A stretch of 64,000 bases of DNA, taken from Candidatus Latescibacterota bacterium (GTDB lineage Bacteria; Latescibacterota; UBA2968; UBA8231). A program made the position numbers and the translations under genes. Positions within the stretch are counted from its first letter, which is position 1, and the number at the start of each line of letters is the position of its first letter. The notes below the pieces were generated by a model. It had not been told where the DNA came from and did not search any database. It saw nothing but the letters and a program-made list of their open reading frames with translations. Below are positions 38,084-47,335 of the stretch, piece after piece. The stretch is taken from NCBI GenBank assembly GCA_965203355.1, contig OZ241889.1, forward strand, positions 1,344,001 through 1,408,000, given 5' to 3'.

Positions 38084-38971
38084 TCACCCCCAGCTTTCCT
38101 GCCGGATTTGCTTTTTGTCCAGCCCGTGCTCCTGCAAGAGCGCGACCATGTTTTCGACGAAGCGCGGCTCGGGGGTCTCGCCTTTGGCCCTAGCGGCCTT
38201 GCGCTCGTGCGGCGTGATGCCCGGACCGCAGCTATAGGCCAGTACGCTGGAGGGATCCGGGGCGATCTCGCGCAAAAGTTCCCCAGCGATGCGTCCTTGG
38301 CGGGCACCGCGAATGCCAGCGGGGTCTTCGCGGGTGATGCAGTGAATCACGTCGAGTCGATCGGGATACTGCGCCCGCAGCACCTCGAGTTCCTCAAAGT
38401 AAATGATGTCGCCGCGCGTCTTGTTGCTAAACAGCAAGGTGTGCCTAAGCGAATCGCCGCGGTGCAGACTTTCCTTGATCAGGCTTCGGTTGGGCACGAT
38501 GCCGCTGCCAGCGCACACGTGGAGGATGTGGTCGGTGCGCTCGCAGACATCGGCGGGAAAGGTGTACGCCCCGGTAAAACCGCTGATGACTAGCCGTCGG
38601 CCCTCGTGGATGTAGTACGTCAACAGCGGCGACAAAAGCGGTGGGTACGGGGTCTGGCCGCTCTCGTAGCGTTCTTCTTTGATCGTAATGGCGAGGTGCT
38701 CTTCGTGCGGCGCAGAGGCCATGGAATAGGCCCGCGGCTTTTCCCGCTGCCCCTTTTGATCTTCTAGATAGGCGGTGAAATGCGCTAGCTCGCCGAACTG
38801 ATGGGGATCAATGGTGCAGAAGTGCCCGGCCTCGTATTCGATTGGATCGTCGCCAGCGGACATAAAGAGCGTGGTGGTGTCTGGGGTGTCGCGGCGCACG
38901 TGGACGACCTCCACCTCCAGCGCCCGGACCCGACGCCTTGGCGTGCGCGTTGTTTGCTCTGAGGTGTTCAT
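38084..38971 (-). CDS. FNR-like FAD/NAD(P)-binding oxidoreductase
   Basis: RAYSMAS, GFTGAY, CAGSGIVP, YSCGPG, ends ESWG; no ferredoxin domain. Confidence 0.9.
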   Translation of the reverse strand: MNTSEQTTRTPRRRVRALEVEVVHVRRDTPDTTTLFMSAGDDPIEYEAGHFCTIDPHQFGELAHFTAYLEDQKGQREKPRAYSMASAPHEEHLAITIKEERYESGQTPYPPLLSPLLTYYIHEGRRLVISGFTGAYTFPADVCERTDHILHVCAGSGIVPNRSLIKESLHRGDSLRHTLLFSNKTRGDIIYFEELEVLRAQYPDRLDVIHCITREDPAGIRGARQGRIAGELLREIAPDPSSVLAYSCGPGITPHERKAARAKGETPEPRFVENMVALLQEHGLDKKQIRQESWG

Positions 38972-38972
38972 A

Positions 38973-39239
38973 CTAGCGCTTCCTAGCCAAATGCGCTTTC
39001 ATCTTTTCGATCAGGGCCTCGTCGTCTGCCGACGAGGCCACCATCTCCGCGAATGCTGCGGCTGTCAACTCCACTTCCTCCAGGAAGTGCTGGTCGGCCG
39101 GTCAGGGAAATACGTAGTCGCCGATGCGTTGCTGTTGGTAGGCCCGCGCTTTGTCGGCGATTCGCGCCAGCCAGGGAATGTCGCCGATGATCATTCCTCG
39201 GGCCCGGGGCTTGAAGTCGAGCGTGTTCCACTCGCTCAT
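38973..39239 (-). CDS. DUF5069-family protein with in-frame TGA (predicted selenocysteine, codon 46), 88 aa
   Basis: PR...WLARIADKARA...GDYVFP-TGA-PADQHFLE...DEALI; GGAGG RBS; readthrough stop lies 1 nt before the next ATG. Confidence 0.8.
39072..39089 (-). promoter_or_regulatory. Putative SECIS hairpin
   Basis: CACUUCC-UGGA-GGAAGUG starting 12 nt 3' of the UGA at 39102-39104. Confidence 0.65.
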
Positions 39240-40291
39240 AAGGTACCTCCGCGTGGTGATAGACAAAATTGCAACCGGCTTCTGAACTCGGCTGCACTTG
39301 GGTCTGTGCTCAAGCCCTGAGCCAACATGGCCGCGCATTGCCGCAGCCGCGCATAGGGCCTTTTCCAGCGTTGGCGCAAGGCCAGCGCGTGCGGCCCGCC
39401 ATTGAGCGCTGCACACAACAGGGCCGCGCTGTTTAAGAGAAAAAAGATGCGGTGATAATCGAGCGCCCGCGCACCGTCGCCGCGCCCGGATACTTCGGCG
39501 TATAAACGCGCTGCGGGCGCGTCCAGCAGCGAGCCCATGCGCCCATCCTGCCGCCCGCTGCCCATGCTAGTAGTATACTGCGTCAAACGCCTTTCCGTCC
39601 AGTCCCAACCCATTTTGGCAAATTCGAGAAAGTAAACGCGCGTGCCCTCCGGCCCGACGATTGCATTGCGCGCATTGTAATCTAGGCTGCCCAGCGAAAC
39701 GGGGCGCGTCGCCAGCCAATCGTGCATGGATTCGAGCAGCGGTGGCAGCCCAACGTCTAGCGGGCGGCACAACTGTTCGATGCCAGCGTGCGCCCGGACT
39801 CCCGCTTCGTCCCAGGCGGCGTCCAGCGCGGCGCGGTTGGCACTGGGCACTATCCTCGGTTCTAGCTGGGCGGCGCGTTGGGCGCACGCGCGCTCAATGG
39901 CGCACAAACCGCGTATGGCTTGTAGCGTCGCCGTGCGGTCTCCATCCTGAATAGCGTCGTCAAGGGTGCGATCACCGACCCATTGCAAGAAGATGCAGTG
40001 GGCATCTGAGTCTATGCCGAGGACCGTGGGCACTAGACATCCGTCTGCGCGCAAGAAGCCGAGCACGTCCCGCTCGACTTCCAACAGGTCGTAAGCCGTG
40101 CCCTGCGTCAGCCTGCCGAAGAGCTGATGCTTAACCACGACCTTGCGGCCGTCCGCGTCTTCGACGCGCCAGACCCCTCGGGCGAGCGGAGTGATAGCGC
40201 GGACGGGCGGATACCCCGTACGCACATAGGCCGCGGCGGCCTGATCCCCGTTCACCGGCCACGGATCCTCCGCGTGGTCGGCGCGGCTCAT
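39236..40291 (-). CDS. APH/kinase-like phosphotransferase (divergent)
   Basis: VVVK, E..VL..L...VP.VL, LQWVGD; LDYNARN (DxxxxN) and FLEF in place of IDF. Confidence 0.65.
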   Translation of the reverse strand: MSRADHAEDPWPVNGDQAAAAYVRTGYPPVRAITPLARGVWRVEDADGRKVVVKHQLFGRLTQGTAYDLLEVERDVLGFLRADGCLVPTVLGIDSDAHCIFLQWVGDRTLDDAIQDGDRTATLQAIRGLCAIERACAQRAAQLEPRIVPSANRAALDAAWDEAGVRAHAGIEQLCRPLDVGLPPLLESMHDWLATRPVSLGSLDYNARNAIVGPEGTRVYFLEFAKMGWDWTERRLTQYTTSMGSGRQDGRMGSLLDAPAARLYAEVSGRGDGARALDYHRIFFLLNSAALLCAALNGGPHALALRQRWKRPYARLRQCAAMLAQGLSTDPSAAEFRSRLQFCLSPRGGTL

Positions 40292-40665
40292 GGTTGGCTG
40301 AAGACGATGATTTGCGCGACGACTTTGCCGGCTTGGTTGTTGAAGGCTGGATTTTCGTTCATGGCCAAGAAGAGCACCCCGGCGCGGTCGGCAATAAAGT
40401 CGTAGCGGCTGCCCACGGCAAAGGTCGGCCCGTCGTCGCCGATGCGGGCGATGAGCGCACCAACGTTAGCCGCTGGCAGGAGGTACCCCTCGTCAGCCGG
40501 TAAGTTGTACAAGCCATCGGCTCCACACCAAGCGATTTGGTTGCGCAGGTCCGGCGACCAAGTTTCCTCGGCGTCGATGACGACCCGCTGGCCGCTCTCC
40601 AGCCGGATCAAGCTGTCTTGCCATTGCGGACTAGGCCGCACCGTACGCATAATTGTTACAGCCAC
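40288..40665 (-). CDS. LecA/PA-IL-like lectin-fold protein
   Basis: WQDS.I.L..G...W...G.DG...GALIARIG...F.VG...G.L.LAMN. Confidence 0.65.
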   Translation of the reverse strand: MAVTIMRTVRPSPQWQDSLIRLESGQRVVIDAEETWSPDLRNQIAWCGADGLYNLPADEGYLLPAANVGALIARIGDDGPTFAVGSRYDFIADRAGVLFLAMNENPAFNNQAGKVVAQIIVFSQP

Positions 40666-40712
40666 AGCACCTTCTCGCTATCTATTTAGTTAAAGCGCGT
40701 ATTGCGATTTCA

Positions 40713-42095
40713 ATGGCGCTAAAAAAATCCTCTGGCCCCAAAGAGTCAAGCGCGGCTCTGCACCAGCGGCGCATTGCCCTCCTCGGCCTCGGCGTGGAAA
40801 ACCGCGCATTGGCTCGTTTTTTTTGGGCGCACCAGATTCCCTTTGCCGTGTGCGACGTGCGCGATCCGGCCACTCCGGTGGAGGGCGTGCAACAGTGGCG
40901 TATTGGCGAACGCTATCTCGACGATCTGACCGACTTCGACCTGCTGTTCCGCACGCCGGGCCTGCCGACGCTGGACCCGCGTCTGGGTGCGGCGCGGCGT
41001 TGCGGCGTTGAAGTATCGAGCCAGACGCGCCTCTTTCTGCAACGGTGTCCGGCCCCCGTGCTCGGCATTACCGGCACCAAGGGCAAGGGGACCACGACCG
41101 CGCTGCTACACGCCTTGCTGGCAACCGATCCGTCGGCGCGGGTGTTTAGCGGCGGCAACCTGGGCCGACCGCCGCTCGAATTCATCGACGAGCTGGAGCC
41201 GACTGACCGAGTGGTCCTAGAGCTGTCCAGCTTTCAATTGCAGGACCTCGACCAAAGTCCCCACATCGCCGTGGTGCTCTCCATCACCGAGGATCACCTC
41301 GACTATCACGCCGACCGCGCCGAGTACGTCGATGCTAAAAAAGCCATCTGCCGATACCAAACGCCCGGCGATATGCTCATTGTCAATCGGGACTGTCCTA
41401 CGGCTCGGACCTTTGTCGAGGAGAGTACCGCCACCCTTTGGTCCTTTAGCACAACGGCTCCGAGCATTCCGGGCGCGTGGATCGCCGATGGCCAGTTGTG
41501 GGCTTGCTGCCCGGAGGAACAGCCCCTCGCCGTTTGTCCGGTGGACGACATTCCTTTGCGGGGACAACACAATTGGAGCAACGTCGCTGCCGCGGTGGCT
41601 GGTGCCTTGGCATTTGGTGCGCCAGCGTCCGGTTTCGCCGCGGCCATTCGCTCCTTTGCCGGCCTTCCCCACCGCCTCGAATACGTTGCTGAGTGCGAGG
41701 GCGTTACCTATTACAATGACTCACTGGCCACGACGGTCGATGCTGCTTGTGCCGCCATCCGCGCCTTCGACGCACCTCTACTGTTGATTGCGGGCGGTGC
41801 TTCAAAGGGGGCCGACTTTAGCGCCTTAGGTACTGCTGTTGCCGCGGCCAAGGTCCGCGCCGTGCTGCTCATTGGCCAAGAGGCCCCGCGCATTGCCGCG
41901 GCCGCCCGGCAAGCGGGCGCGATCGTCCAGTGCTGCCGCGACCTGGCGCAAGCCTTGGACCGGGCCCGCGCCCTAGCGCAAGCGGGCGACGTGGTGCTGC
42001 TTTCGCCGGCCTGCGCCAGCTTCGATCAGTTTGCCAGTTACGCCGAGCGCGGCGACCTATTTAAGCGGCTGGTCCGCCCCCCGAGCGTTGTATGA
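40713..42095 (+). CDS. murD: UDP-N-acetylmuramoyl-L-alanine--D-glutamate ligase
   Basis: GITGTKGKGTT, ELSSFQL, DHLDYH, HRLE, YYNDS.AT, LSPACASFDQF..Y.ERG. Confidence 0.97.
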   Translation: MALKKSSGPKESSAALHQRRIALLGLGVENRALARFFWAHQIPFAVCDVRDPATPVEGVQQWRIGERYLDDLTDFDLLFRTPGLPTLDPRLGAARRCGVEVSSQTRLFLQRCPAPVLGITGTKGKGTTTALLHALLATDPSARVFSGGNLGRPPLEFIDELEPTDRVVLELSSFQLQDLDQSPHIAVVLSITEDHLDYHADRAEYVDAKKAICRYQTPGDMLIVNRDCPTARTFVEESTATLWSFSTTAPSIPGAWIADGQLWACCPEEQPLAVCPVDDIPLRGQHNWSNVAAAVAGALAFGAPASGFAAAIRSFAGLPHRLEYVAECEGVTYYNDSLATTVDAACAAIRAFDAPLLLIAGGASKGADFSALGTAVAAAKVRAVLLIGQEAPRIAAAARQAGAIVQCCRDLAQALDRARALAQAGDVVLLSPACASFDQFASYAERGDLFKRLVRPPSVV

Positions 42096-42289
42096 GCCGC
42101 TCGGTCTTTTTTACTTTGTCCCTGGCTGCGCCCGACCGACTACATCTACGCCTTACTGGCGCGCTGTGCGCTGATTCGCGGGGGCTTGCCCAGCGGCGGC
42201 CCCCAGTATTGGCTGACCAAAGACGCCGATGACGTGCCGAGCTGAAGCGCGGGCGAGTGCGAAAACGTCCTAACAAATGGAGTAGCATC

Positions 42290-43765
42290 ATGCCCGACCG
42301 ACCCAACCTACTGTTCATCATGCCCGACCAGATGCGCCACGACTTTCTTAGTTGTTACGGTGCTCCCCACATTTCCACGCCCAACATCGACCGCATTGCC
42401 GCTGAAGGCGTCCGCTACGACCAAGCCTATAGCTTGCATCCGGTCTGCGTACCGGCGCGATGTTCGCTGCTGACTGGCCTCAATGCTTGGCGCAATCACG
42501 TGCTGACCAATGGCAACCACCTACGCCCAGACCACGCGGCGTGTGGCATCCGCACTTGGGCGGAGATGTTGACCGAGCGCGGCTACCTCACCTCGGCCAT
42601 CGGCAAGATGCACTTCTACCCGTGGGACGCCTCTTTTGGCTTCCAACATCGCATTGCCTGCGAGGACAAGGTGTGGGTCAACATTCGCGACGATTACTGG
42701 CACTATTTGCAACAGCGCGGCCACCGCAAGTACATGGGCAAGGAGCACGAAGGATACGACGAAAATCGCGGGGCCTGCGTGTCGCTGTTGCCTTGGGATT
42801 GCTACTGGGATTACTTCGTCGGCGAAGCGGCGGCGCGCTTCATCCGCGAGTACGACGACGAGCGGCCCTTCGCCTGCATGGTGGGCTTCCCCGGCCCGCA
42901 CGACCCCTACGATCCCACGCCGGAGTTTCTGGCTAAGGTAGATGTTGATAAAATTCCCGATCCCGCGCCCGGCGACCCGATCCACCGCGACGTCCGCGAG
43001 GGCGTCCACCCCCGGCCTCGGCCGGGTGTGCCGATCTGGACTCCAGAAACCGAAGGCCCCTATACCGAGGAGCAGAAGCGCAAGGTGCGCGCCCACTATT
43101 CGGCGCTCATCTTGCAGATAGACCACGAGGTCGGCCAAATCCTCGCGGCCTTAGAAGCAAGCGGTCGTCTCGACAACACGCTCGTCATTTTTGCTTCCGA
43201 TCACGGCGATTTGGTCGGGGATCACGGCGTAAACGCCAAGGGCAACTTCTACGAGGGGAGCTGCCACGTGCCCATGCTGGTGCGCCAGCCGGGCGGTGCT
43301 ACCGGTGTGGTGCGCGACGATCTGGTTTGCCTCACGGACGTCACCGCGACCCTGTTAGCCGCGTCTGGTCACGGTGTGCCAGATTACATGGATGCTAGGC
43401 CGCTGCCCGGCTTGGGCTTGGCTGGCGATGCGCCGCGCGACCTGCTCATCGGTGGCTTGCAGTCCGGCTGGATGGCCTACGACGGGCGGCACAAGTTGGT
43501 GAAGTACGGCAACGGCGCGGCCGGACTGTTCGATTTGCAGGCGGATCCCCAAGAACAGCACAACCTCGCCGAATCCGCCGCACACGCGGCTCAATACCGC
43601 CACTTGGACGCCGCGCTCTGGCGCGAAGTCATGCGCTCGGTGCAGGCTTCACACTCCTACAACGCGGTTTACTCGTCCGAAAGCGTTTCCCTGTGGGCCG
43701 ACAAGGCGTTTGGTGCGGCCGGGTGGGAGCGGGTCTATCCGCACAGTTCGATTCAAGGGGAATAG
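42290..43765 (+). CDS. Formylglycine-type sulfatase
   Basis: PNLLFIMPDQ, CVPAR, GKMH, PHDPY, SDHG. Confidence 0.95.
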   Translation: MPDRPNLLFIMPDQMRHDFLSCYGAPHISTPNIDRIAAEGVRYDQAYSLHPVCVPARCSLLTGLNAWRNHVLTNGNHLRPDHAACGIRTWAEMLTERGYLTSAIGKMHFYPWDASFGFQHRIACEDKVWVNIRDDYWHYLQQRGHRKYMGKEHEGYDENRGACVSLLPWDCYWDYFVGEAAARFIREYDDERPFACMVGFPGPHDPYDPTPEFLAKVDVDKIPDPAPGDPIHRDVREGVHPRPRPGVPIWTPETEGPYTEEQKRKVRAHYSALILQIDHEVGQILAALEASGRLDNTLVIFASDHGDLVGDHGVNAKGNFYEGSCHVPMLVRQPGGATGVVRDDLVCLTDVTATLLAASGHGVPDYMDARPLPGLGLAGDAPRDLLIGGLQSGWMAYDGRHKLVKYGNGAAGLFDLQADPQEQHNLAESAAHAAQYRHLDAALWREVMRSVQASHSYNAVYSSESVSLWADKAFGAAGWERVYPHSSIQGE

Positions 43766-43808
43766 GCACAGGCGTAGAAGGCTGTCGCTGATAGGCTCGG
43801 CGACGCAT

Positions 43809-44159
43809 CTACCCCAACGCCGTCGGCAGCAACGCCTGGTTGTAGCCGACGATCAGGCAGGTTCCGCTGCGGAATGCGGGTGCCCGGAGCTTGCCAGAAC
43901 GCCCCAACAGAAGCGGCAGCAATTCCTCGTCCGCTGGCCGTTGCGCCACCAAGTCGAAGCGGAGGACGCGCTGCCCTTGGGCGACGAACAACTCGGTCGC
44001 ATCCGCTAGCAGAGCGAGGGCGGCCGTGCCCGCGACCGGTTCTTTGGTCGCGCTCTGCACGATGCCATCGGCGATGTTGTTTTGCACAAGAAACTCTTGT
44101 GCGCGCTTGCAGCTCGTTCAGCCGGGGCGGTGGTAGCGCCATTCCAAGGCTCGGACCAT
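43809..44159 (-). CDS. ArsC/Spx-like thioredoxin-fold selenoprotein (UxxC), 116 aa
   Basis: MVRALEWRYHRPG-TGA-TSCKRAQEFL...LLGRSGKLRAP...LIVGYN; GAAGGA RBS. Confidence 0.85.
44084..44102 (-). promoter_or_regulatory. Putative SECIS hairpin
   Basis: GCACAAGA-GUU-UCUUGUGC starting 15 nt 3' of the UGA at 44118-44120. Confidence 0.65.
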
Positions 44160-44172
44160 GGCTCAGATTCCT

Positions 44173-44970
44173 TCAGATGTTGTAGTGTAGTCCGCACTCT
44201 TTGTGGTCATCTGCGCTGTCGGCTTGTTCGTTAAACCAACGCCAGCGACCGTTGCGCTTGGGTTCGTCGGGCCGGACCGGGGTGGAGCAGATGATGCAGC
44301 CAAAGCTAGGGTAGCCTTGGCCGTAGAGCGGATGTACCGGCAAGTCGTTTGCCCGCGTAAATTCCATTAGCTCCGCTTCGCTCCAATCGACCAATGGATT
44401 GAGCTTAAGTATTTTGCGCCGGGTGCCGTACTCGTCGATTAAGGCCGCCTTCTTGGCCGTCTGTCGGCGATGCGCGGACTGGTCCCAGCGCTGCCCCGAA
44501 ATCCAGCAATCGGCGGTCTGCAACAGTGCGTTGTTGGGCCATTCTTTCCGCACTTGGCAGCAGTGCTGCTGTTTTTCTGGAGAATCGAAAAACAAGTACT
44601 CGCCGTGGCGTGCGACCATCCGCTCGACATCGCCGCGCTTGGGTTGGACGACCTCGAAGTGGCAGCGGTAGCGTGCGCTGACTTCCTCCATGAAGGCGTA
44701 GGTTTCGGGGTGGAGCCGGAAGGTGTCGATGGTGGCAAAGCGCAGGTTCAGCCCCATGGACATCGCCATGTGGATCATCGCAACGCCGGTGTACTGGAAG
44801 CTGGTGTTGAGCACGGCCCGGCCGGGAAAGGTCTCGCTGGCCCAGCGCAAGAGATCTTCGGCGGGCATCTGCTCCACGGCTAGGTCGCGGAGGTAGCGCG
44901 CTAACGGCTGGTCGCGCTCGGCTGAGGACGAGGGCCCCAGCGTCTTTTGGTCTGCGGTCGTAGCGGTCAT
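44173..44970 (-). CDS. cysH: APS/PAPS reductase (4Fe-4S APS-type)
   Basis: TSF, IDT.RL.PETY, CCQVRK, GYPSFGCIICS, GRW, KECGLH. Confidence 0.93.
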   Translation of the reverse strand: MTATTADQKTLGPSSSAERDQPLARYLRDLAVEQMPAEDLLRWASETFPGRAVLNTSFQYTGVAMIHMAMSMGLNLRFATIDTFRLHPETYAFMEEVSARYRCHFEVVQPKRGDVERMVARHGEYLFFDSPEKQQHCCQVRKEWPNNALLQTADCWISGQRWDQSAHRRQTAKKAALIDEYGTRRKILKLNPLVDWSEAELMEFTRANDLPVHPLYGQGYPSFGCIICSTPVRPDEPKRNGRWRWFNEQADSADDHKECGLHYNI

Positions 44971-45098
44971 AAATCTTATAATGTAAGGATAAGAGCGGAT
45001 TGGCAAAGCTCAGGAGTTTTCCCTTGCCATTGTCCAAACGCTAAGAGTAGCTTTTTCAAGGTCGAGTCAACCTGTCTTACGGGGCTTTTTCTCAAGGC

Positions 45099-47333
45099 AT
45101 GAGCGTGCAAAAACTCCTAGAATCAGCCGACGCAACCGCGACTGCGCGGATTGCCACTGTCCTGCCCGCTGAGGAGGAAGTGCTCATCCGCGCCTCGACG
45201 GATTTGGCCGCCGACGGGTGTTTTGGTCGTCAGTGGCTGATCGCAACCGAGCAGCGCGTCCTCGTCGTACCCGCTCAGGGCGAGATCGTCGATATACCAC
45301 TCGCCGCGCTGGCCGAGGTGCGGACCGACGCGCTCGTTGGCGGCGGTCAGTTGGCGATCGAGCGCGTAGATGCGCCGACCTTGTCGCTGAGCTACACCAG
45401 CTCGGAGGCCGAAAAAATGTCCGAGGTGGCGCGGGGTTTGGAGCAGTTGCGCCAGGGGCAGCCGTTTGTCGTCAATGGGCACTTGGACCGGACCCGCTGC
45501 GAGCACTGCCAGCGGCTCTTGCCGGAGAAAAACGGCATCTGTCCGGCGTGCATCAAAAAACTGGCGACCCTCAAGCGCATTGCCAGCTATATCAGCCCGT
45601 ACAAGCTCAAGGCCGGCGTCTTGGCCTTTGCTTCCATTGCCACTACGGTCGCGGAGCTGGCTCCACCGCTGATTACCAAGCGCATAGTCGATGAGGTGTT
45701 GATCCCGGTGGAGGGGAGTCCTACGGGATTTGACGAGCGCGTCCAGCTCTTGGGCTTGTTCGTCGCGGCTTTAATCGGCGTCCGTTTTGCGTCGTGGGTC
45801 GCCGAATGGGCCCACGGCTGGATTGCGACTTGGCTCGGCGCACAGCTCACGGCGGATATTCGCTCGCTCCTCTACCGCCGCTTGGAAATGCTGTCCTTGC
45901 AGTTTTACGACAAGCGCAAGGTCGGCTCCCTCATCTCGCGGGCCACTCGCGATGCTGGCATGTTGCAGGACTTTCTCGTCGATGGCTTGCCCTACATCGT
46001 CATCAACGGTCTGATGATCTTTGGCATCCTCGGATTTTTGTTTTGGATGAGTTGGTCGTTGAGCCTGTACGTGCTGGTGCCCGTGCCGCTTATCATGCTG
46101 TGGGGCGTGGTTTTTTGGCGGCGGCTGCGCGGTTTTTTCGTCAAGTGGGGCGAGGTCTGGTCTGGCCTGACCGAGCGCACGGTAGAGACGCTTTCTGGCA
46201 TCCGCGTAGTCAAGGCGTTTGCCCAAGAAGACCGAGAAGTAGCGGCCTTTGCCAAGCCCAACGGCAGGCTGCGCGAAGTGGCCGAAAAGACCGCGATAAA
46301 TCGCGGCGTGTTCTTCGCTACCATCACGTTTTTGACGGGGTTGGGCGTCTTGGTCGTCTGGTTGTTCGGCGGGCTGCAAGTCCTCGCTGGCAAGATGACC
46401 TTGGGTACACTGTTGGCTTTTTACGCGTACATGTGGCTGTTTTACGGCCCCTTGGAGTGGTTCGGCCAAGTCAATGCGTGGATGTCGCGGGCCTTTGCTG
46501 GGGCCGAGCGCATCTTCGAGGTCATCGACACCCCGCCCGAGGCATACGAGGACCCAGCCGCAAAGCGGGTGCCGCGGATGAAAGGGAGTATTCGCTTTGA
46601 GGGCGTCACCTTTGGCTACGACAAGAGCAAGCCCGTGCTGAAGGACTTTGACTTAGACATCCAGCCGGGCGAGATGATCGGCTTAGTGGGCAAGTCCGGG
46701 GTCGGCAAGACCACGACCGTCAATCTCATCGCCCGCTTCTACGACGTCGACTACGGGTCCATTGAGATCGATGGAATCGACATCCGCAAAATCCACCTGC
46801 GCGACTTGCGCTCGCAGATCGGCATCGTGCTACAGGAGCCGGTGCTTTTTTCCGGGACCATTGCCGACAACATCGGCTACGGTCGGCCCGGGTCCTCTTT
46901 TGCGGACATCATGGCGGCCGCTCGCGCCGCCAACGCCCACAACTTCATTGTGGCCAAGCCCGACGGCTATGAGACCCAAGTCGGGGAGAAGGGGGCTGGG
47001 CTTTCGGGGGGGGAGCGCCAGCGCGTCTCCATTGCCCGCGCCATTCTCCACAACCCGCGCATCCTGATCCTCGACGAAGCCACGGCCTCGGTTGATGTGG
47101 AGACCGAGTTGCACATCCAAGAGGCGATTCAGCGGCTCGTCAAAGGGCGCACTACCGTGGCCATTGCCCACCGGCTTTCGACGTTGCGCAACGCCGACCG
47201 GCTGATGGTTATCGACGACGGTCGCATCGTCGAGTCGGGGACGCATGCGGAGCTCATGGCAAAGCAGGGGGCCTTTTACGAGTTGGTCAATTTGCAAAGA
47301 GCAGTGGCCGAGATCATCGCCATTCACGACTAG
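45099..47333 (+). CDS. ABC exporter (TMD+NBD) with N-terminal extension and CxxC..CxxC motif
   Basis: CEHC...CPAC; GKSGVGKTT; LSGGERQR; ILDEAT. Confidence 0.92.
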   Translation: MSVQKLLESADATATARIATVLPAEEEVLIRASTDLAADGCFGRQWLIATEQRVLVVPAQGEIVDIPLAALAEVRTDALVGGGQLAIERVDAPTLSLSYTSSEAEKMSEVARGLEQLRQGQPFVVNGHLDRTRCEHCQRLLPEKNGICPACIKKLATLKRIASYISPYKLKAGVLAFASIATTVAELAPPLITKRIVDEVLIPVEGSPTGFDERVQLLGLFVAALIGVRFASWVAEWAHGWIATWLGAQLTADIRSLLYRRLEMLSLQFYDKRKVGSLISRATRDAGMLQDFLVDGLPYIVINGLMIFGILGFLFWMSWSLSLYVLVPVPLIMLWGVVFWRRLRGFFVKWGEVWSGLTERTVETLSGIRVVKAFAQEDREVAAFAKPNGRLREVAEKTAINRGVFFATITFLTGLGVLVVWLFGGLQVLAGKMTLGTLLAFYAYMWLFYGPLEWFGQVNAWMSRAFAGAERIFEVIDTPPEAYEDPAAKRVPRMKGSIRFEGVTFGYDKSKPVLKDFDLDIQPGEMIGLVGKSGVGKTTTVNLIARFYDVDYGSIEIDGIDIRKIHLRDLRSQIGIVLQEPVLFSGTIADNIGYGRPGSSFADIMAAARAANAHNFIVAKPDGYETQVGEKGAGLSGGERQRVSIARAILHNPRILILDEATASVDVETELHIQEAIQRLVKGRTTVAIAHRLSTLRNADRLMVIDDGRIVESGTHAELMAKQGAFYELVNLQRAVAEIIAIHD

Positions 47334-47335
47334 CC

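Noticed and set aside
38973-39239. Genome-wide TGA reassignment to Trp or Gly as the cause of the in-frame TGAs
   Set aside because: TGA terminates many conserved genes here (coxS, tatD, murD, macB-like), and both internal TGAs occupy Cys positions.
42225-42275. Hammerhead ribozyme or riboswitch upstream of the sulfatase
   Set aside because: CCGATGA...CGAAA only resembles the core; I could not build the required stems or cleavage triplet.
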